Origin: an uncultured Oscillospiraceae bacterium
GTDB lineage: Bacteria; Bacillota; Clostridia; Oscillospirales; Oscillospiraceae
Direction of reading: 5' to 3'
NCBI GenBank assembly: GCA_947588955.1
Contig: CANPYX010000004.1
Location: 6,421 to 70,420, forward strand
Length of the DNA: 64,000 nt
Part shown: positions 54,266 through 64,000 of the stretch, piece by piece
How positions within the stretch are numbered: the first letter of the stretch is position 1
Layout of the letters: each line of letters opens with the position of its first letter
Position numbers and translations under genes: made by a program
Notes under the pieces: generated by a model
The model's input: only the letters and a program-made list of their open reading frames with translations
Databases searched by the model: none
What the model was told of the DNA's origin: nothing

Positions 54266-55150
54266 TTACTGGGTGGTGCCCATATTGACGCTGTAAAATG
54301 TCTCCCTGTACCCCTCTCCGACCCATATGGTCACCGGCACAAAGGACGAGGAGCCAAGATTCGCCAAAATTGTGTAGTACCCGTCGATCACCGTCCCTAT
54401 TGATTTTAGCCCGAACTGGTCGAGGAACCTGTCGGCCTCAAGGATATAGTTTATCTCGTGGGAGGCGGCGGAAAAGCTGCCGTCAGGCGCGGGGTCATTT
54501 CCCACGGCGGCGGAGGAGGGGTAGCCGTCGGCCTCTTCCTTCTCGCCCATGGCGCCTGGGGACGCCTCCTGGGCGGGACCGTACTGCTGGTCCCTCTCGC
54601 TGGGAGCCGTGGGGCCGTACTCCGGGTCCACCTCCGGCCAGCGGACGCCCTGCGCCGCCATGAGCTTCTCCGCCTCCCCGTAGCCGTAGGGGTAGCACGC
54701 CAGACGGTAGCCCAGAAGCTTCCCCGTCTCGTCGTCCACAAGCGCCCGTATCTTTGAATAGCTGTCCTCCAGCGCCACCTCCCAGACCACGATGGAGGAC
54801 CCGTCGAACCCCACGTAAAGCACCGGCTCCGTCCGGGATACGTCGTAGCCCGCGCTGCCGTTGCCCATCTCGGCGATGTATTTGGATACGTTTTTCGCCG
54901 CCGTCTCCCCGTCAAGCTCCCTGCCGGATTTGAGCGGCACCCTCGCCGCCGTCTCCGTCCCCACCAGCTTGAGCTTTTCCGCGTCCGAAAGCTCCGACAC
55001 CAGCTTCAGCTCCACCTCCTCCACGTCCACCGTCTCCACCCGCTTCGACACCGCCGCGTCCCGGAGCGACAGCACCGTTCCCGGAAGGAGGAACCCGGCG
55101 GCGCATATGAGCCCGCAGACGGCGGAGCTTATTACAGCGTTTTTGTTCAT
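54266..55150 (-). CDS. hypothetical secreted/membrane-anchored protein
   Basis: N-terminal hydrophobic signal/anchor. Overlaps the kinase gene stop (operon). Confidence 0.6.
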   Translation of the reverse strand: MNKNAVISSAVCGLICAAGFLLPGTVLSLRDAAVSKRVETVDVEEVELKLVSELSDAEKLKLVGTETAARVPLKSGRELDGETAAKNVSKYIAEMGNGSAGYDVSRTEPVLYVGFDGSSIVVWEVALEDSYSKIRALVDDETGKLLGYRLACYPYGYGEAEKLMAAQGVRWPEVDPEYGPTAPSERDQQYGPAQEASPGAMGEKEEADGYPSSAAVGNDPAPDGSFSAASHEINYILEADRFLDQFGLKSIGTVIDGYYTILANLGSSSFVPVTIWVGEGYRETFYSVNMGTTQ

Positions 55151-56532
55151 GCCCGCCCTCCGTTCAGCGTCGCCGTTATGCTCGTACCCCGCCCCTCAAC
55201 GCTTCGTATTTTAAGTTCCCCGGAGTGCAGTCGCGCTATCTCGTCGCACAGCGCCAGCCCCAGGCCCACGCCGCCCTGGGCGCGGGAGCGGGACTTGTCC
55301 ACCCGGTAAAAAGCCTCGGTTATCCTGGCAAGCTCCTTTTCCGGTATCCCCCGCCCGTTGTCGGTGACGGATATGGCGCAGCCGGTCTCCGTCATCTCGG
55401 ATATTATGAATATCGCCCCGCCGTTGTCCATCGCCTTCCTTGCGTTGTCGATGAGGTTTATGAGCAGTGACTTCGTAAGGTCCGGCTCCAGCATACACCG
55501 CCCCTCCGCGGCGCGGTAGCGCAGTGTCACACCCGCCTTTGTCAGGTTCGGCCTCATCACCCTCACCACCCCGGCGATTATCACGGCGGGGGAGGCCACC
55601 GTCAGCTCAAAGTCCCTCTTTTTCAGCATGAGAAGGTCCAAAAGCTTTATGGACAGTGACTCCAGCCTCCTGCCCTCGGAAAAGATGTAGTTTGCCGCCT
55701 CCTGCTCCTCCTCTGGGGAGAGCATACGCCGCCTTATAAGGTCCGCGTAGCCGATTATGCTGGTCATGGGCGTTTTCAGCTCGTGGGCAAAGGAGCCCAT
55801 GAACTCCGTCTGGCGGCGGGCGTTCTCCTGGAGCTCCCCGATGTTCGCCTCCAGCCTGTCCGCCATGGCGTTGAACTCGTGGCTCAGCGCCTCCACCTCG
55901 TCGCCGGAGCGCACGTCCGCCCGGCTGCCCAGCTCCCCGGCGGCTATTTGCCGCGAGGCGTAGGTCAGCCTTGAAAGCGGGCGGGTGAGGAACGCCGCCA
56001 TGAGCCACGACCCCGCCGCCCCCAGTATCACCGTCAGCACCAGGAGCCTCCGGTAGGTGGAAAGCTGCGTGTCCCGCAGGGCGTATACCTCGGATATGTC
56101 CCGCACCAGGTATAGCGACAGCTTCTCCCCGTTCACCGTCAGCGCCCCGGAGATCTGCAAGAGCTTCGGGTCGCCCCTCCCCGAAAGGCTCACGGCGCAG
56201 ACGCCCGACTCCGTGTACCGCTCCTCCGGCGTGAGCCCCGAACGGTATATGGGGTCCCTCTCGCCCCTGAGCAGCACCCCGTCCCACAGGTCCCCGCCCC
56301 GCTTTTCCAAAAGCGACAGTGTGTCCACTATGTCCTCAAGCCCCATCTGGGAGCCTAAGGAGTTTGCCAGCTGCAGCGTGCTCTGCACGGAGTAGTACGC
56401 CCCCAGCGCCGAATCCCTCTCCGTCTCAAGGGAGGCGTCAAAGGAGGCGGATATGAGCAGGCTCCCGCATATGCCGAAAATGAGGGCGAGAAGCGTCATC
56501 GCCCCCAGCGTCATCTTAAGTCTCAGCTTCAT
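55147..56532 (-). CDS. sensor histidine kinase
   Basis: TM-HAMP-HisKA (SFAHELKTP) and HATPase (NARKAM...DNGRGIP...GLGLAL). Start at MKLRLK, overlapping the regulator stop. Confidence 0.9.
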   Translation of the reverse strand: MKLRLKMTLGAMTLLALIFGICGSLLISASFDASLETERDSALGAYYSVQSTLQLANSLGSQMGLEDIVDTLSLLEKRGGDLWDGVLLRGERDPIYRSGLTPEERYTESGVCAVSLSGRGDPKLLQISGALTVNGEKLSLYLVRDISEVYALRDTQLSTYRRLLVLTVILGAAGSWLMAAFLTRPLSRLTYASRQIAAGELGSRADVRSGDEVEALSHEFNAMADRLEANIGELQENARRQTEFMGSFAHELKTPMTSIIGYADLIRRRMLSPEEEQEAANYIFSEGRRLESLSIKLLDLLMLKKRDFELTVASPAVIIAGVVRVMRPNLTKAGVTLRYRAAEGRCMLEPDLTKSLLINLIDNARKAMDNGGAIFIISEMTETGCAISVTDNGRGIPEKELARITEAFYRVDKSRSRAQGGVGLGLALCDEIARLHSGELKIRSVEGRGTSITATLNGGRA

Positions 56533-57188
56533 GAATCGGCCTCCAGCCGGTAGCCAACCTTGTGGACGGAAACGAGCCTGTCCTCCCAGCCTACCTTCCG
56601 GCGGAGCCTCTGGATGTGCAGGTCCACGGTGCGGCTGCCCTCGTTGTAGTCCCCGCCCCACACCCGCTCGTATATCGTCTCCCGGTACAGCGCCGCGCCC
56701 GGATTGCGGGCGAAAAGCAGGAGCAGGTTATATTCCTTGTTCGTCAGCGGTATCTCCTCCCCGTCCCGCGTCACCTTCATGGAGCGTGTGTCGATGGCGA
56801 GCCCCCCGATCTCAATGACGCTGGCAAGCTTGTTGTAGCGCCTCAGCACCACCTCCACCCGCGCCAGGAGCTCCACTATCTCAAAGGGCTTCACTATGTA
56901 GTCCTCCGCCCCTATCTTCAGCCCGTGGACCCTGTCGGCTATGTCCCCCTTTGCCGTGAGGAATATGACCGGCACCCCCAGCGGCCTTATGTAGTCCATA
57001 AGCTCAAATCCCGTGGCGCCGGGGAGCATTATGTCCAGGAGAATGAGGTCAAACGTCTCCTGCTCCAGCCTGTCCGCCGCCGCCAGCCCGTCATATACGC
57101 AGGTGCACGAGTACCCCGCTTTACTGAGGCTCATCTTCAAAAGATTCGCTATCGGCCGCTCGTCGTCAACTATAAGTATACGGATCAT
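56529..57188 (-). CDS. OmpR-family response regulator
   Basis: Receiver domain (ILIVDDE...DLILLDIMLPG) plus a winged-helix output domain. Confidence 0.95.
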   Translation of the reverse strand: MIRILIVDDERPIANLLKMSLSKAGYSCTCVYDGLAAADRLEQETFDLILLDIMLPGATGFELMDYIRPLGVPVIFLTAKGDIADRVHGLKIGAEDYIVKPFEIVELLARVEVVLRRYNKLASVIEIGGLAIDTRSMKVTRDGEEIPLTNKEYNLLLLFARNPGAALYRETIYERVWGGDYNEGSRTVDLHIQRLRRKVGWEDRLVSVHKVGYRLEADS

Positions 57189-57390
57189 AAAAATCCTCTC
57201 CCCGCTTTTATACTCCCGCCATCTTACATCACGTTTGTATCAATTCGGCATAATCCGACAAAAAACGCCGCCTTGAATTTTCAGCTGATATGATGTATCA
57301 TTATAGCACAAAATCTCTGATTTTGAGCTATATTCGCCATGTTTTTCGGTTCCCGGCGAAGCCGGGGAGAAAAACGGCTTGAAATCAAAT

Positions 57391-57419
57391 ATAATATCCG
57401 CCGTGCGGATATTATAGCA
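57391..57419. repeat. hairpin ATAATATCCG-N5-CGGATATTAT(AGCA)
   Basis: Second copy of the element at 54189-54223. Confidence 0.7.
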
Positions 57420-57451
57420 TAAAACATTTGAAAAAAAGAAGTGGTTGTTTT

Positions 57452-58303
57452 ATGAAATCAAAACGCCCCACCGTGGCCCTGATGTACGACTTCGACAAGA
57501 CCCTGTGTACCAAGGATATGCAGGAGTACAGCTTTATCCCCAACGTGAACATGACCGCGAAGGAGTTCTGGGACGAGTCCAACACCCTGGCCGCCGAGCG
57601 GAAGATGGACGGCATACTGGCGTATATGTACGTCATGCTGGACAAGGCCCGCGCCGCGAAAAAATCCATCCGCCGGGAGAGCTTTGTGAGGCTGGGGGAG
57701 GACCTGGAGTTTTTCCCCGGCGTGGAGAGCTGGTTTGACAGGATCACCGCCTTCGGCAAATCCCAGGGCGTGGACGTGAAGCACTTCATAATCTCCTCAG
57801 GCCTCCGGGAGATCATCGAGGGCTCCGGCATATTCAAATACTTCACCGAGGTCTTCGCCTGCGAATTTCTCTACGACGTGGACGGCGTCGCCGTCTGGCC
57901 CAAAAACGTGGTCAACTACACCACCAAGACCCAGTTCCTCTTTCGCATAAACAAGGGCGTTTTGGACCTGAGCGACGACCGAACCCTCAACGAGTTCACC
58001 CCCGAGGACGAGCGCCCCGTCCCCTTCCGCAACATGATCTACATAGCCGACGGCAAGACCGACGTGCCCTGCATGAAGCTCGTCCGCGTAAACGGCGGCT
58101 GCTCCATAGCCGTCCACCCAAGGGGCAAAAGGGACACCGCCGCGGAGCTTTTGCGCGACGGCAGGGCGGACTTCATGCTCCCCGCCGACTACTCCGAGGG
58201 CGGCGAGCTGGAAAAGACCGTCTTTTCCGTCATACAAAAAATGGCGGTGACCGACGCCCTCAAGCGCCGCTCCGCCGCCCAGCTGGAGAAGATAAAAAGA
58301 TGA
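57452..58303 (+). CDS. HAD-like hydrolase family protein
   Basis: YDFDKTL (DxDxT-like) motif I and YIADGKTDVP motif. Confidence 0.7.
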   Translation: MKSKRPTVALMYDFDKTLCTKDMQEYSFIPNVNMTAKEFWDESNTLAAERKMDGILAYMYVMLDKARAAKKSIRRESFVRLGEDLEFFPGVESWFDRITAFGKSQGVDVKHFIISSGLREIIEGSGIFKYFTEVFACEFLYDVDGVAVWPKNVVNYTTKTQFLFRINKGVLDLSDDRTLNEFTPEDERPVPFRNMIYIADGKTDVPCMKLVRVNGGCSIAVHPRGKRDTAAELLRDGRADFMLPADYSEGGELEKTVFSVIQKMAVTDALKRRSAAQLEKIKR

Positions 58304-58572
58304 AATACCTCCTTGCCGCCTACCTCATAATAATAAACATATCCGCCTTCGCCCTCTACGCCGCAGATAAGCGCCGGGCGCGGCTCCGTATGTGGCGCAT
58401 CCCTGAGTCCACCCTGCTCGCCGTCTCGTTTTTCGGCGGCTCCATAGGCGCGCTTTTCGGTATGCACCTTCTCCGCCACAAGACGAAGCACCCCAAATTC
58501 TACATCCTCGTCCCCGTATCCCTGATTCTTGACGCCGCCGTTTTTTCATACGTTTTTTGGCGTATTTCGTAA
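58300..58572 (+). CDS. DUF1294 membrane protein
   Basis: ADKRRA...WRIPE..L......GG.GA..GM...RHKT.H.KF pattern. Confidence 0.8.
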   Translation: MKYLLAAYLIIINISAFALYAADKRRARLRMWRIPESTLLAVSFFGGSIGALFGMHLLRHKTKHPKFYILVPVSLILDAAVFSYVFWRIS

Positions 58573-58589
58573 AAACTCCAAAAAAACTC

Positions 58590-58620
58590 TTGACTGTAAA
58601 GTCCCTTTATACTGTATTGT
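58590..58620 (+). promoter_or_regulatory. MerR-type promoter with 19-bp spacer (TTGACT-19-TATTGT) containing an imperfect dyad
   Basis: Hexamers at 58590 and 58615. The spacer ACTGTAAAGTCCCTTTATACTGT is partly palindromic. Lies upstream of the MerR gene. Confidence 0.45.
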
Positions 58621-58644
58621 CGGTGGTGAAAGGGGGACATTTAT

Positions 58645-60075
58645 ATGACCGTAAACGAGGTTGAGACCCGCACCGGGCTTGACCGGGCGACCGTCCGCTA
58701 CTACGAGTCCCAGGGGCTCGTCTCTCCCGCGCGCGAGCCCAACGGCTACCGGAGCTACTCCGAGGCGGACGTCCAAAAGCTCCAAAAGGTCAGGCTCCTG
58801 CGGGCGCTGGATTTTTCCATCGAGGACATAAGGTCCATGGACGCGGACGGCAGCGACTTTCCCGACCGCCTGCGCGCCAGGATCAGGAGCCTTGAGGCAA
58901 AGAGCGACAGCATAGAGGACGCAAAGCGCGTCATAGCCAAAATGCTTGACGACAGGGCGCAGTACGGCACACTGAAGAGCGAGGCGTACCTCGCCGCCCT
59001 CACTGAGCGCAGCCCGGCGCTGCCGGAGCCTGACCCGCGCCCCGGGCCCAAGCCGGGGCCGGAGGACAGCGCCGTACCCGTCTCCCCCTGGAGGCGCTTT
59101 TTCGCCCGCTGGTTCGACAGGACCCTCTGCTCCATCCTCATGACCTGGCTCGTGCTGGGCGTCCTTCACATTCCGTGGGAGGACAATTTCCTGATGGAGG
59201 TAATGTTTAATTACATCCTGCCCATCTGCGCCGTCATCCTTCTGGAGCCCCTGGCGCTTTGTACCCTGGGCGCCACGCCCGGAAAGCTCCTTCTGGGGCT
59301 TCGTGTCCGCGCCAACGACGGCAGGCGCCTCAATTTCGGAACCGCCTTCCGCCGCACGTGCGGCGTACTGGGGGCGGGGGAGGGGCTGTTTGTACCGCTC
59401 CTCAGTCTCTGGCGCAACTTGGCCTCCTACCGTGACTTAAAAGCCGGGGAGACCCTCTATTGGGAGTACGACAGCCGCGTGGAGGCGAAGCGCGGCATCG
59501 CCTGGTATCACTGCACAGCCTTTATCGCCGCCGTTGCCGTGTCCGCCAATGTTGCCGCCATTGTGGTCTCCATCCCATATATGACCAAAAACCGTGGCGC
59601 GCTCACCCCCGGTGAGCTTGCGGAAAACGTAAACGCCGGCGGCAGTATATACGGCTGGGTCCTCACGGAGGACGGCGGCTGGGAGCGCTCCGGGCGCGTC
59701 CCCACATATGACGGCAGCTCCGAATACTGGAGCTGGGAGCCGGCTGATGTGGACCTCACCGTGGAAAACGGCAGGGTCACGGGCCTGAGCTACCGCGCCT
59801 ACGGCAACACCAACGCCAACTATTACCGCATCGGGACCGGTTACGATATGGCGATAATCCTGAGGCTCGCCAAAAGCCTCGTCTGCGCCGACAGAAGGGA
59901 GTTTAGGACCGTCTCCGCCGTCGACTCCTTCACCTCGGAGCTCGACTACGTCCCGGACCCGGAAAAGCCCACCGTGGTCACCCGCGGTCCCTGGACCGTC
60001 ACTGTCACGTTTACCGTCAACAGGTACGACCCCACATACCCCTTTGAGCTCACCCTTACCGTGGAGCACGCGTAG
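58645..60075 (+). CDS. MerR-family regulator fused to an RDD-type membrane domain and a C-terminal extracytoplasmic domain
   Basis: N-terminus VNEVETRTGLDRATVRYYESQGLV (MerR HTH). WRRFFARWFDR plus TM segments (RDD-like). Confidence 0.75.
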   Translation: MTVNEVETRTGLDRATVRYYESQGLVSPAREPNGYRSYSEADVQKLQKVRLLRALDFSIEDIRSMDADGSDFPDRLRARIRSLEAKSDSIEDAKRVIAKMLDDRAQYGTLKSEAYLAALTERSPALPEPDPRPGPKPGPEDSAVPVSPWRRFFARWFDRTLCSILMTWLVLGVLHIPWEDNFLMEVMFNYILPICAVILLEPLALCTLGATPGKLLLGLRVRANDGRRLNFGTAFRRTCGVLGAGEGLFVPLLSLWRNLASYRDLKAGETLYWEYDSRVEAKRGIAWYHCTAFIAAVAVSANVAAIVVSIPYMTKNRGALTPGELAENVNAGGSIYGWVLTEDGGWERSGRVPTYDGSSEYWSWEPADVDLTVENGRVTGLSYRAYGNTNANYYRIGTGYDMAIILRLAKSLVCADRREFRTVSAVDSFTSELDYVPDPEKPTVVTRGPWTVTVTFTVNRYDPTYPFELTLTVEHA

Positions 60076-60089
60076 GAGCTCCCGTCAGC

Positions 60090-61460
60090 TCACACCGCCA
60101 GCGTCCCGCTGTCGGATTCCAGCAGAAGAAGTATCTGCTCCTCCATGCCGGTTTCGGCGTTCACGTACACCATCACGTGCCTTCCGTCCCCCACCTCACA
60201 GGTGTACTCCTCGCAAAGCACCTCGTTTTTCCCCGCCGTGGGTATGAGCGCGGGGCGGTGGGACTTCACCGTGAGCGCCGGGGAGAGTTTTCCCGCCGCG
60301 CCTTCCGGGTCGGGCAGGGGAGCGCCGAGCTCCCGCCGCGCGTGGTTCATAACGTACCCCTTCGCCTCCATCCCCACCACCTCGCCGGTGTCCAGCGCCA
60401 CGGTCACCTTTATGAGGTCCGGGTAGCATATCACCCCGTCCTGCTCAAAGGCAAAGCTTGCCACAAGCTCGCCGGCGGAGGCGTCGCTGTACGTGGGCGT
60501 CATGTTCTCATAGCCGTGGCTCTCCAAAAACGCCGCCGCCGTCCTCACGGCCTCCTCCGCCGTCATGTCCCCCTCGGAGGACTCGCGGGCTGTGCCGAAG
60601 TAGAATATTTTCCCGCCCGCGCGCGTCACCTCCACGGTCCGCACCTCGTTGGCGTGCTGGCAGGAGAACACGTAAACGGGCACGTTCCCCTCCCGGAACG
60701 CGCGAAGCTCCAGCCTCTCGGACTGCGCACCCAAAAAGTCCGCCGCCGCTTTTTTCGCGCCGTCCTCGTCCACATCAGCCTCCCCCTCCAAGAGCCTGGG
60801 GGAGGCGTTTTCAATGTGCGCGGAGAATGGCCCGTCGTAGACGAGTGTGGGCATCTCCGGCGTCTCAGTCTCCATCGCCTTGAAGGAGGCGGCAAAGCCC
60901 GTGCCGGATACGCTCTCCTCCGCACCCTCCACCGTCTCCTCCGCCGTCTCCAGCTCGCGGGTGGAGACGTCCCCGGCTATGAGCCTGGCGGACAGCTCGG
61001 AAAGGGCGGCGGACACCTGCTCAGCGCCCTTTGAAAACGTTTCCAAGGCCTGCCGCTCCTCCTCCGAAAGGGCCTCTCCCTTGGCGGCGGAGCGGGAGAG
61101 GAACAGCATATAGTCCCCCGCCTTTGCCAAAAACGCCGCCGTGTGCTCCAGCTCAATGTTCCCGTAGGGTAAGGACGATATGGCCTGGGACGCCGCCGCG
61201 CAGTTGGCGTAGCCCTGGGCGCATACGGAGCTCACCATGCAGGGCGACGCGGCGCAGACCGCCTTTTTGAGCGTGGAATCCAGCTCCCCCACCGCCGAGG
61301 CAAGCTCGGTAAAGGCGTGGTCATAGCCCGTGTCCACCGCACGCGAAAGCTTCGAATTTTCACGCCTCGCCGAGACGAGGAACTGCCCCATCACCAGCAC
61401 CGCCGCCAGGGAGTAGATGATTATAAGCCTTCCGGCCTTTTTTGAATACATAAAAAACAC
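60090..61460 (-). CDS. germination protein YpeB-like (PepSY domains)
   Basis: N-terminal anchor, YpeB-like N-domain, and C-terminal PepSY-like repeats. Confidence 0.7.
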   Translation of the reverse strand: MFFMYSKKAGRLIIIYSLAAVLVMGQFLVSARRENSKLSRAVDTGYDHAFTELASAVGELDSTLKKAVCAASPCMVSSVCAQGYANCAAASQAISSLPYGNIELEHTAAFLAKAGDYMLFLSRSAAKGEALSEEERQALETFSKGAEQVSAALSELSARLIAGDVSTRELETAEETVEGAEESVSGTGFAASFKAMETETPEMPTLVYDGPFSAHIENASPRLLEGEADVDEDGAKKAAADFLGAQSERLELRAFREGNVPVYVFSCQHANEVRTVEVTRAGGKIFYFGTARESSEGDMTAEEAVRTAAAFLESHGYENMTPTYSDASAGELVASFAFEQDGVICYPDLIKVTVALDTGEVVGMEAKGYVMNHARRELGAPLPDPEGAAGKLSPALTVKSHRPALIPTAGKNEVLCEEYTCEVGDGRHVMVYVNAETGMEEQILLLLESDSGTLAV

Positions 61461-61599
61461 CCCTTTTGACCTTAGCTTCGGTCCAAAAGGGGCGTTTTAC
61501 CCGGTGTAAATTATGGAGTTCACAAAAAATTAACTAAATTTAATTAATTTTTCTTGACAAATGAAGCCTTCTGTGGTATAATGCCATCGTAGGGGAAAA

Positions 61600-63084
61600 T
61601 CAGTTGTTCTCCAGAGCGAATTTTATCCTGCGGAGGGACTCGTCCCTCCCCAATATCCTCGCGATCTCCACAGCCCCGCCGGGAGTTACGGCGCGGCCTG
61701 TGAGGGCGACGCGCAGCGGCCACATGATCCTGGCGTTCTTCACGCCCTCGGCTTCTGCCATATTTGTCAAAGCGGCCAGAATGTGTTCGTCGTCCCAATC
61801 GGTCAGCCCCTCCAGCACCGGGTAGAGCCCTTTCAGCGTCTCCAGGGAGCCGGGGATGTCGGTCTTGGATTTTTTGTGGATAAAAAGCTCGGGGGAGTAG
61901 TCCGGGAGCGCGTCGAAGAAATCCACCTTTTCGGGTATCTCCGTGAGCCTCTCCGTCCTCTGCTGTAATAGCGCCGCTATCTGAGCCGGGTCTATCGCCG
62001 GGCTCTTGACGGTCTGCCTTATATAGGGCGTGGCGGCGGCGGCAAATTCCTCCGGGCTCATGGCGCGCAGGTACTCGGCGTTGAAGTAGGTGAGCTTGTT
62101 CATGTCAAAGACCGCCGGCGACTTGGATACGCCGTGGATGTCGAAAATCTGCGCAAGCTCGGAAAGGGAATATATCTCCCTCTCGCCCCCCGGCGACCAG
62201 CCCAGAAGCGCCACGTAGTTCACCACGGCGGGTGTGAGGTAGCCCGCGGCGATGAGGTCCTCGTAGCTGGGGTCCCCGTGGCGCTTTGACATCTTGCGCG
62301 CGGCGCCCGTCTCGCTGTCCGTGACCATCACGGAGGAGCAGTGGACGTATGTGGGCACCTCCCAGCCGAAGCTGCGGTACAAAAGGTTATATTTGGGAGC
62401 GGAGCTTAAATACTCGGCGCCTCTCACAACGTGCGTGATTCCCATTAAATGGTCGTCAATGACGTTTGCGAAGTTGTAGGTGGGCAGTCCGTCGGATTTT
62501 ATGAGTATCTGGTCCTCCAGCTCCTTGTTTTCCACGGTTATGTCCCCGTAGACGGCGTCGTGGAAGGTGGTGGAGCCCTCGCGGGGCATTTTCTGCCTTA
62601 TGACGTAGCTCTCTCCGGCTTTTGCCCGCTCGTCCGCCTCCTCGCGGCTCAGGGAGCGGCAGGGGTCGTCGGTCTTTTCAAAGCCGCCCTCCCCGTCGGA
62701 GTCGTCCTTCCCGCAAAAGCACCTGTACGCCCCGCCCTTTTCAATCAGCAGCTCCGCGTACTCCTTATAAAACCCCCGGCGCTCCGTCTGGATGTACGGT
62801 CCCACGGGTCCGCCCACGTCGGGTCCCTCGTCGTGGTCGAGCCCGCACTCGGCAAGGGTCCGGTAGATGACGTCCACCGCCCCCTCCACAAGCCTTCCCT
62901 GGTCCGTATCCTCTATCCGGAGAATGAATTTTCCCCCGGCGTGGCGCGCTATGAGCCAGGTGTACAGCGCGGTGCGCAGATTTCCCACGTGCATATACCC
63001 CGTGGGGCTGGGAGCGAACCTTGTCCGCACCCCGCCGTGAGGTATGCGCTTTTCCATATCCTCAAGCCATTTCAAATCAGGCAT
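61600..63084 (-). CDS. gltX: glutamate--tRNA ligase
   Basis: RTRFAPSPTGYMHVGNLRTAL (HIGH-type) and KMSKRHG (KMSKS) motifs. Confidence 0.95.
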   Translation of the reverse strand: MPDLKWLEDMEKRIPHGGVRTRFAPSPTGYMHVGNLRTALYTWLIARHAGGKFILRIEDTDQGRLVEGAVDVIYRTLAECGLDHDEGPDVGGPVGPYIQTERRGFYKEYAELLIEKGGAYRCFCGKDDSDGEGGFEKTDDPCRSLSREEADERAKAGESYVIRQKMPREGSTTFHDAVYGDITVENKELEDQILIKSDGLPTYNFANVIDDHLMGITHVVRGAEYLSSAPKYNLLYRSFGWEVPTYVHCSSVMVTDSETGAARKMSKRHGDPSYEDLIAAGYLTPAVVNYVALLGWSPGGEREIYSLSELAQIFDIHGVSKSPAVFDMNKLTYFNAEYLRAMSPEEFAAAATPYIRQTVKSPAIDPAQIAALLQQRTERLTEIPEKVDFFDALPDYSPELFIHKKSKTDIPGSLETLKGLYPVLEGLTDWDDEHILAALTNMAEAEGVKNARIMWPLRVALTGRAVTPGGAVEIARILGRDESLRRIKFALENN

Positions 63085-63167
63085 ATCCTACCTCCAAAAG
63101 TGTTGATGGAGATAATATAGCTTATTTTGATTTAAATTTCAAGACATATGTGTTATAATCACCGTAT

Positions 63168-64000
63168 ATGCGCTTTTATTTCGCCCCGCGGCAAGGCAGG
63201 GGCGCGTTTTGGCGCGGATTTTACCGAAGGGAGGCGGCGGAGACGGAGCTTTTAAACTCAATAGAAACGCTTGCCGGGGCGGCGGGGATCATCACCGGCA
63301 TAACGCGCCTTGTCCTGCCGGTGCTGGCGGCTGTGGTCGTCCTCCGGTGCGCCGTCTCCATGCTCTCCGGAAAGCCGGAGCGGGAGGTCTGGGGGTGGCT
63401 GACGCTCCCACGGGGGACTAAAATAGAGCTGGAAAACTGGGAAAACATCGTGGGCAGGTCCGCCTCCGCCGACGCGCGGCTCGACTACCGCTCCGTATCC
63501 CGCACCCACGCCGCCCTGACCCGCGACCCACAGGGAAGCTGGCTGGTGCAGGACCTTCGCTCAAAGGACGGGACCGCCGTGCGCGGCAGGAAAATAAAGG
63601 GTCCCACGCCCGTACATTCCGGGGATACCGTCACCTTCGGAGGGGTGAGCGCCGTCTTCACCGCCTCGACGGTGAAGGACGAGAAGGCCCAGGCGCAGGC
63701 GAGGCCGAAGCCGGGGGTGAGGATACGCCCCGGCGCGACCTTGATACTCCTTACGGAATTCATACTTCTTTTGGGGATACAGTACACCGCCGCGGCGGGG
63801 GAGGAGCTTGAGCCCGCCGTACCGGGGGCGTTTCTGGCGCTTATAGTCCTCCTCTGGGCGGTCTACGCCGTGACACGGGGGCTCCACCGCACGGGCTTTG
63901 AGGTGGAGACGCTGGCGTTTTTCCTCACCTCCATAGGCTTCGGCGTCTGCGCGACCTCTGACCCCGCGGCGCTTTGGAAGCAGCTTTTGTGCCTCGTTTT
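63168..64000 (+). CDS. FHA-domain protein fused to FtsW/RodA/SpoVE-family N-terminus (partial; runs off the window; start uncertain)
   Basis: Not in the ORF track because there is no stop in the window. Manual frame: ...NIVGRSASADARLDYRSVSRTHAALTRDPQGSWLVQDLRSKDGTAVRG (FHA), then TM segments. TGTTATAAT extended -10 at 63151. Confidence 0.65.
   Translation, partial: MRFYFAPRQGRGAFWRGFYRREAAETELLNSIETLAGAAGIITGITRLVLPVLAAVVVLRCAVSMLSGKPEREVWGWLTLPRGTKIELENWENIVGRSASADARLDYRSVSRTHAALTRDPQGSWLVQDLRSKDGTAVRGRKIKGPTPVHSGDTVTFGGVSAVFTASTVKDEKAQAQARPKPGVRIRPGATLILLTEFILLLGIQYTAAAGEELEPAVPGAFLALIVLLWAVYAVTRGLHRTGFEVETLAFFLTSIGFGVCATSDPAALWKQLLCLV

Overview
High-GC Firmicutes/Clostridia-like DNA; this taxonomic guess rests on sporulation and germination genes and on the yabM-mazG-hup-yabO gene order. 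Bases 1 to about 36650 are the right-hand ~36.6 kb of a siphovirus-like prophage, almost entirely on the + strand. Its modules run in this order: lysogeny/regulators, replication organizer, DnaB, ParA/ParB, HUH Rep-like protein, HNH, TerS/TerL, portal, ClpP-type protease, HK97-type capsid, connectors, tail, tape measure, fibres, holin/amidase. No integrase is in the window, so the left end lies outside it. The prophage abuts tRNA-Ser(GGA) at 36774..36862 (- strand). The rest of the window is core genome, mostly on the - strand: metG, GNAT, HIT, cupin, alaS, mltG, MTHFS, DJ-1, TagA-like GT, AI-2E permease, S4 protein, hup, mazG, MOP flippase, dnaI-like/dnaD-like, a two-component system, HAD, DUF1294, MerR-RDD, ypeB-like, gltX and an FHA-FtsW fusion. 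The strongest candidate for a novel system is a radical SAM/SPASM enzyme with a small companion protein, flanked by two paralogous proteins whose C-terminal 200-235 residues carry a Cys every 3-4 residues. All of this sits inside the tail-fibre module, and each Cys-rich gene is coupled to a fibre gene. Other notable signals: (1) a 17-bp palindrome, GTGTCCGAWTCGGACAC, present 8 times in the prophage only, which may be a centromere or operator for the phage ParAB; (2) two autonomously promoted small hydrophobic-peptide cassettes with type I toxin-antitoxin-like architecture; (3) an HUH Rep-like gene bracketed by two related hairpins; (4) an iteron plus AT-rich putative origin inside the replication-organizer gene; (5) frame anomalies at a tail gene/fibre junction. 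All calls come from reading the sequence and ORF translations and from motif memory; no database search was run.
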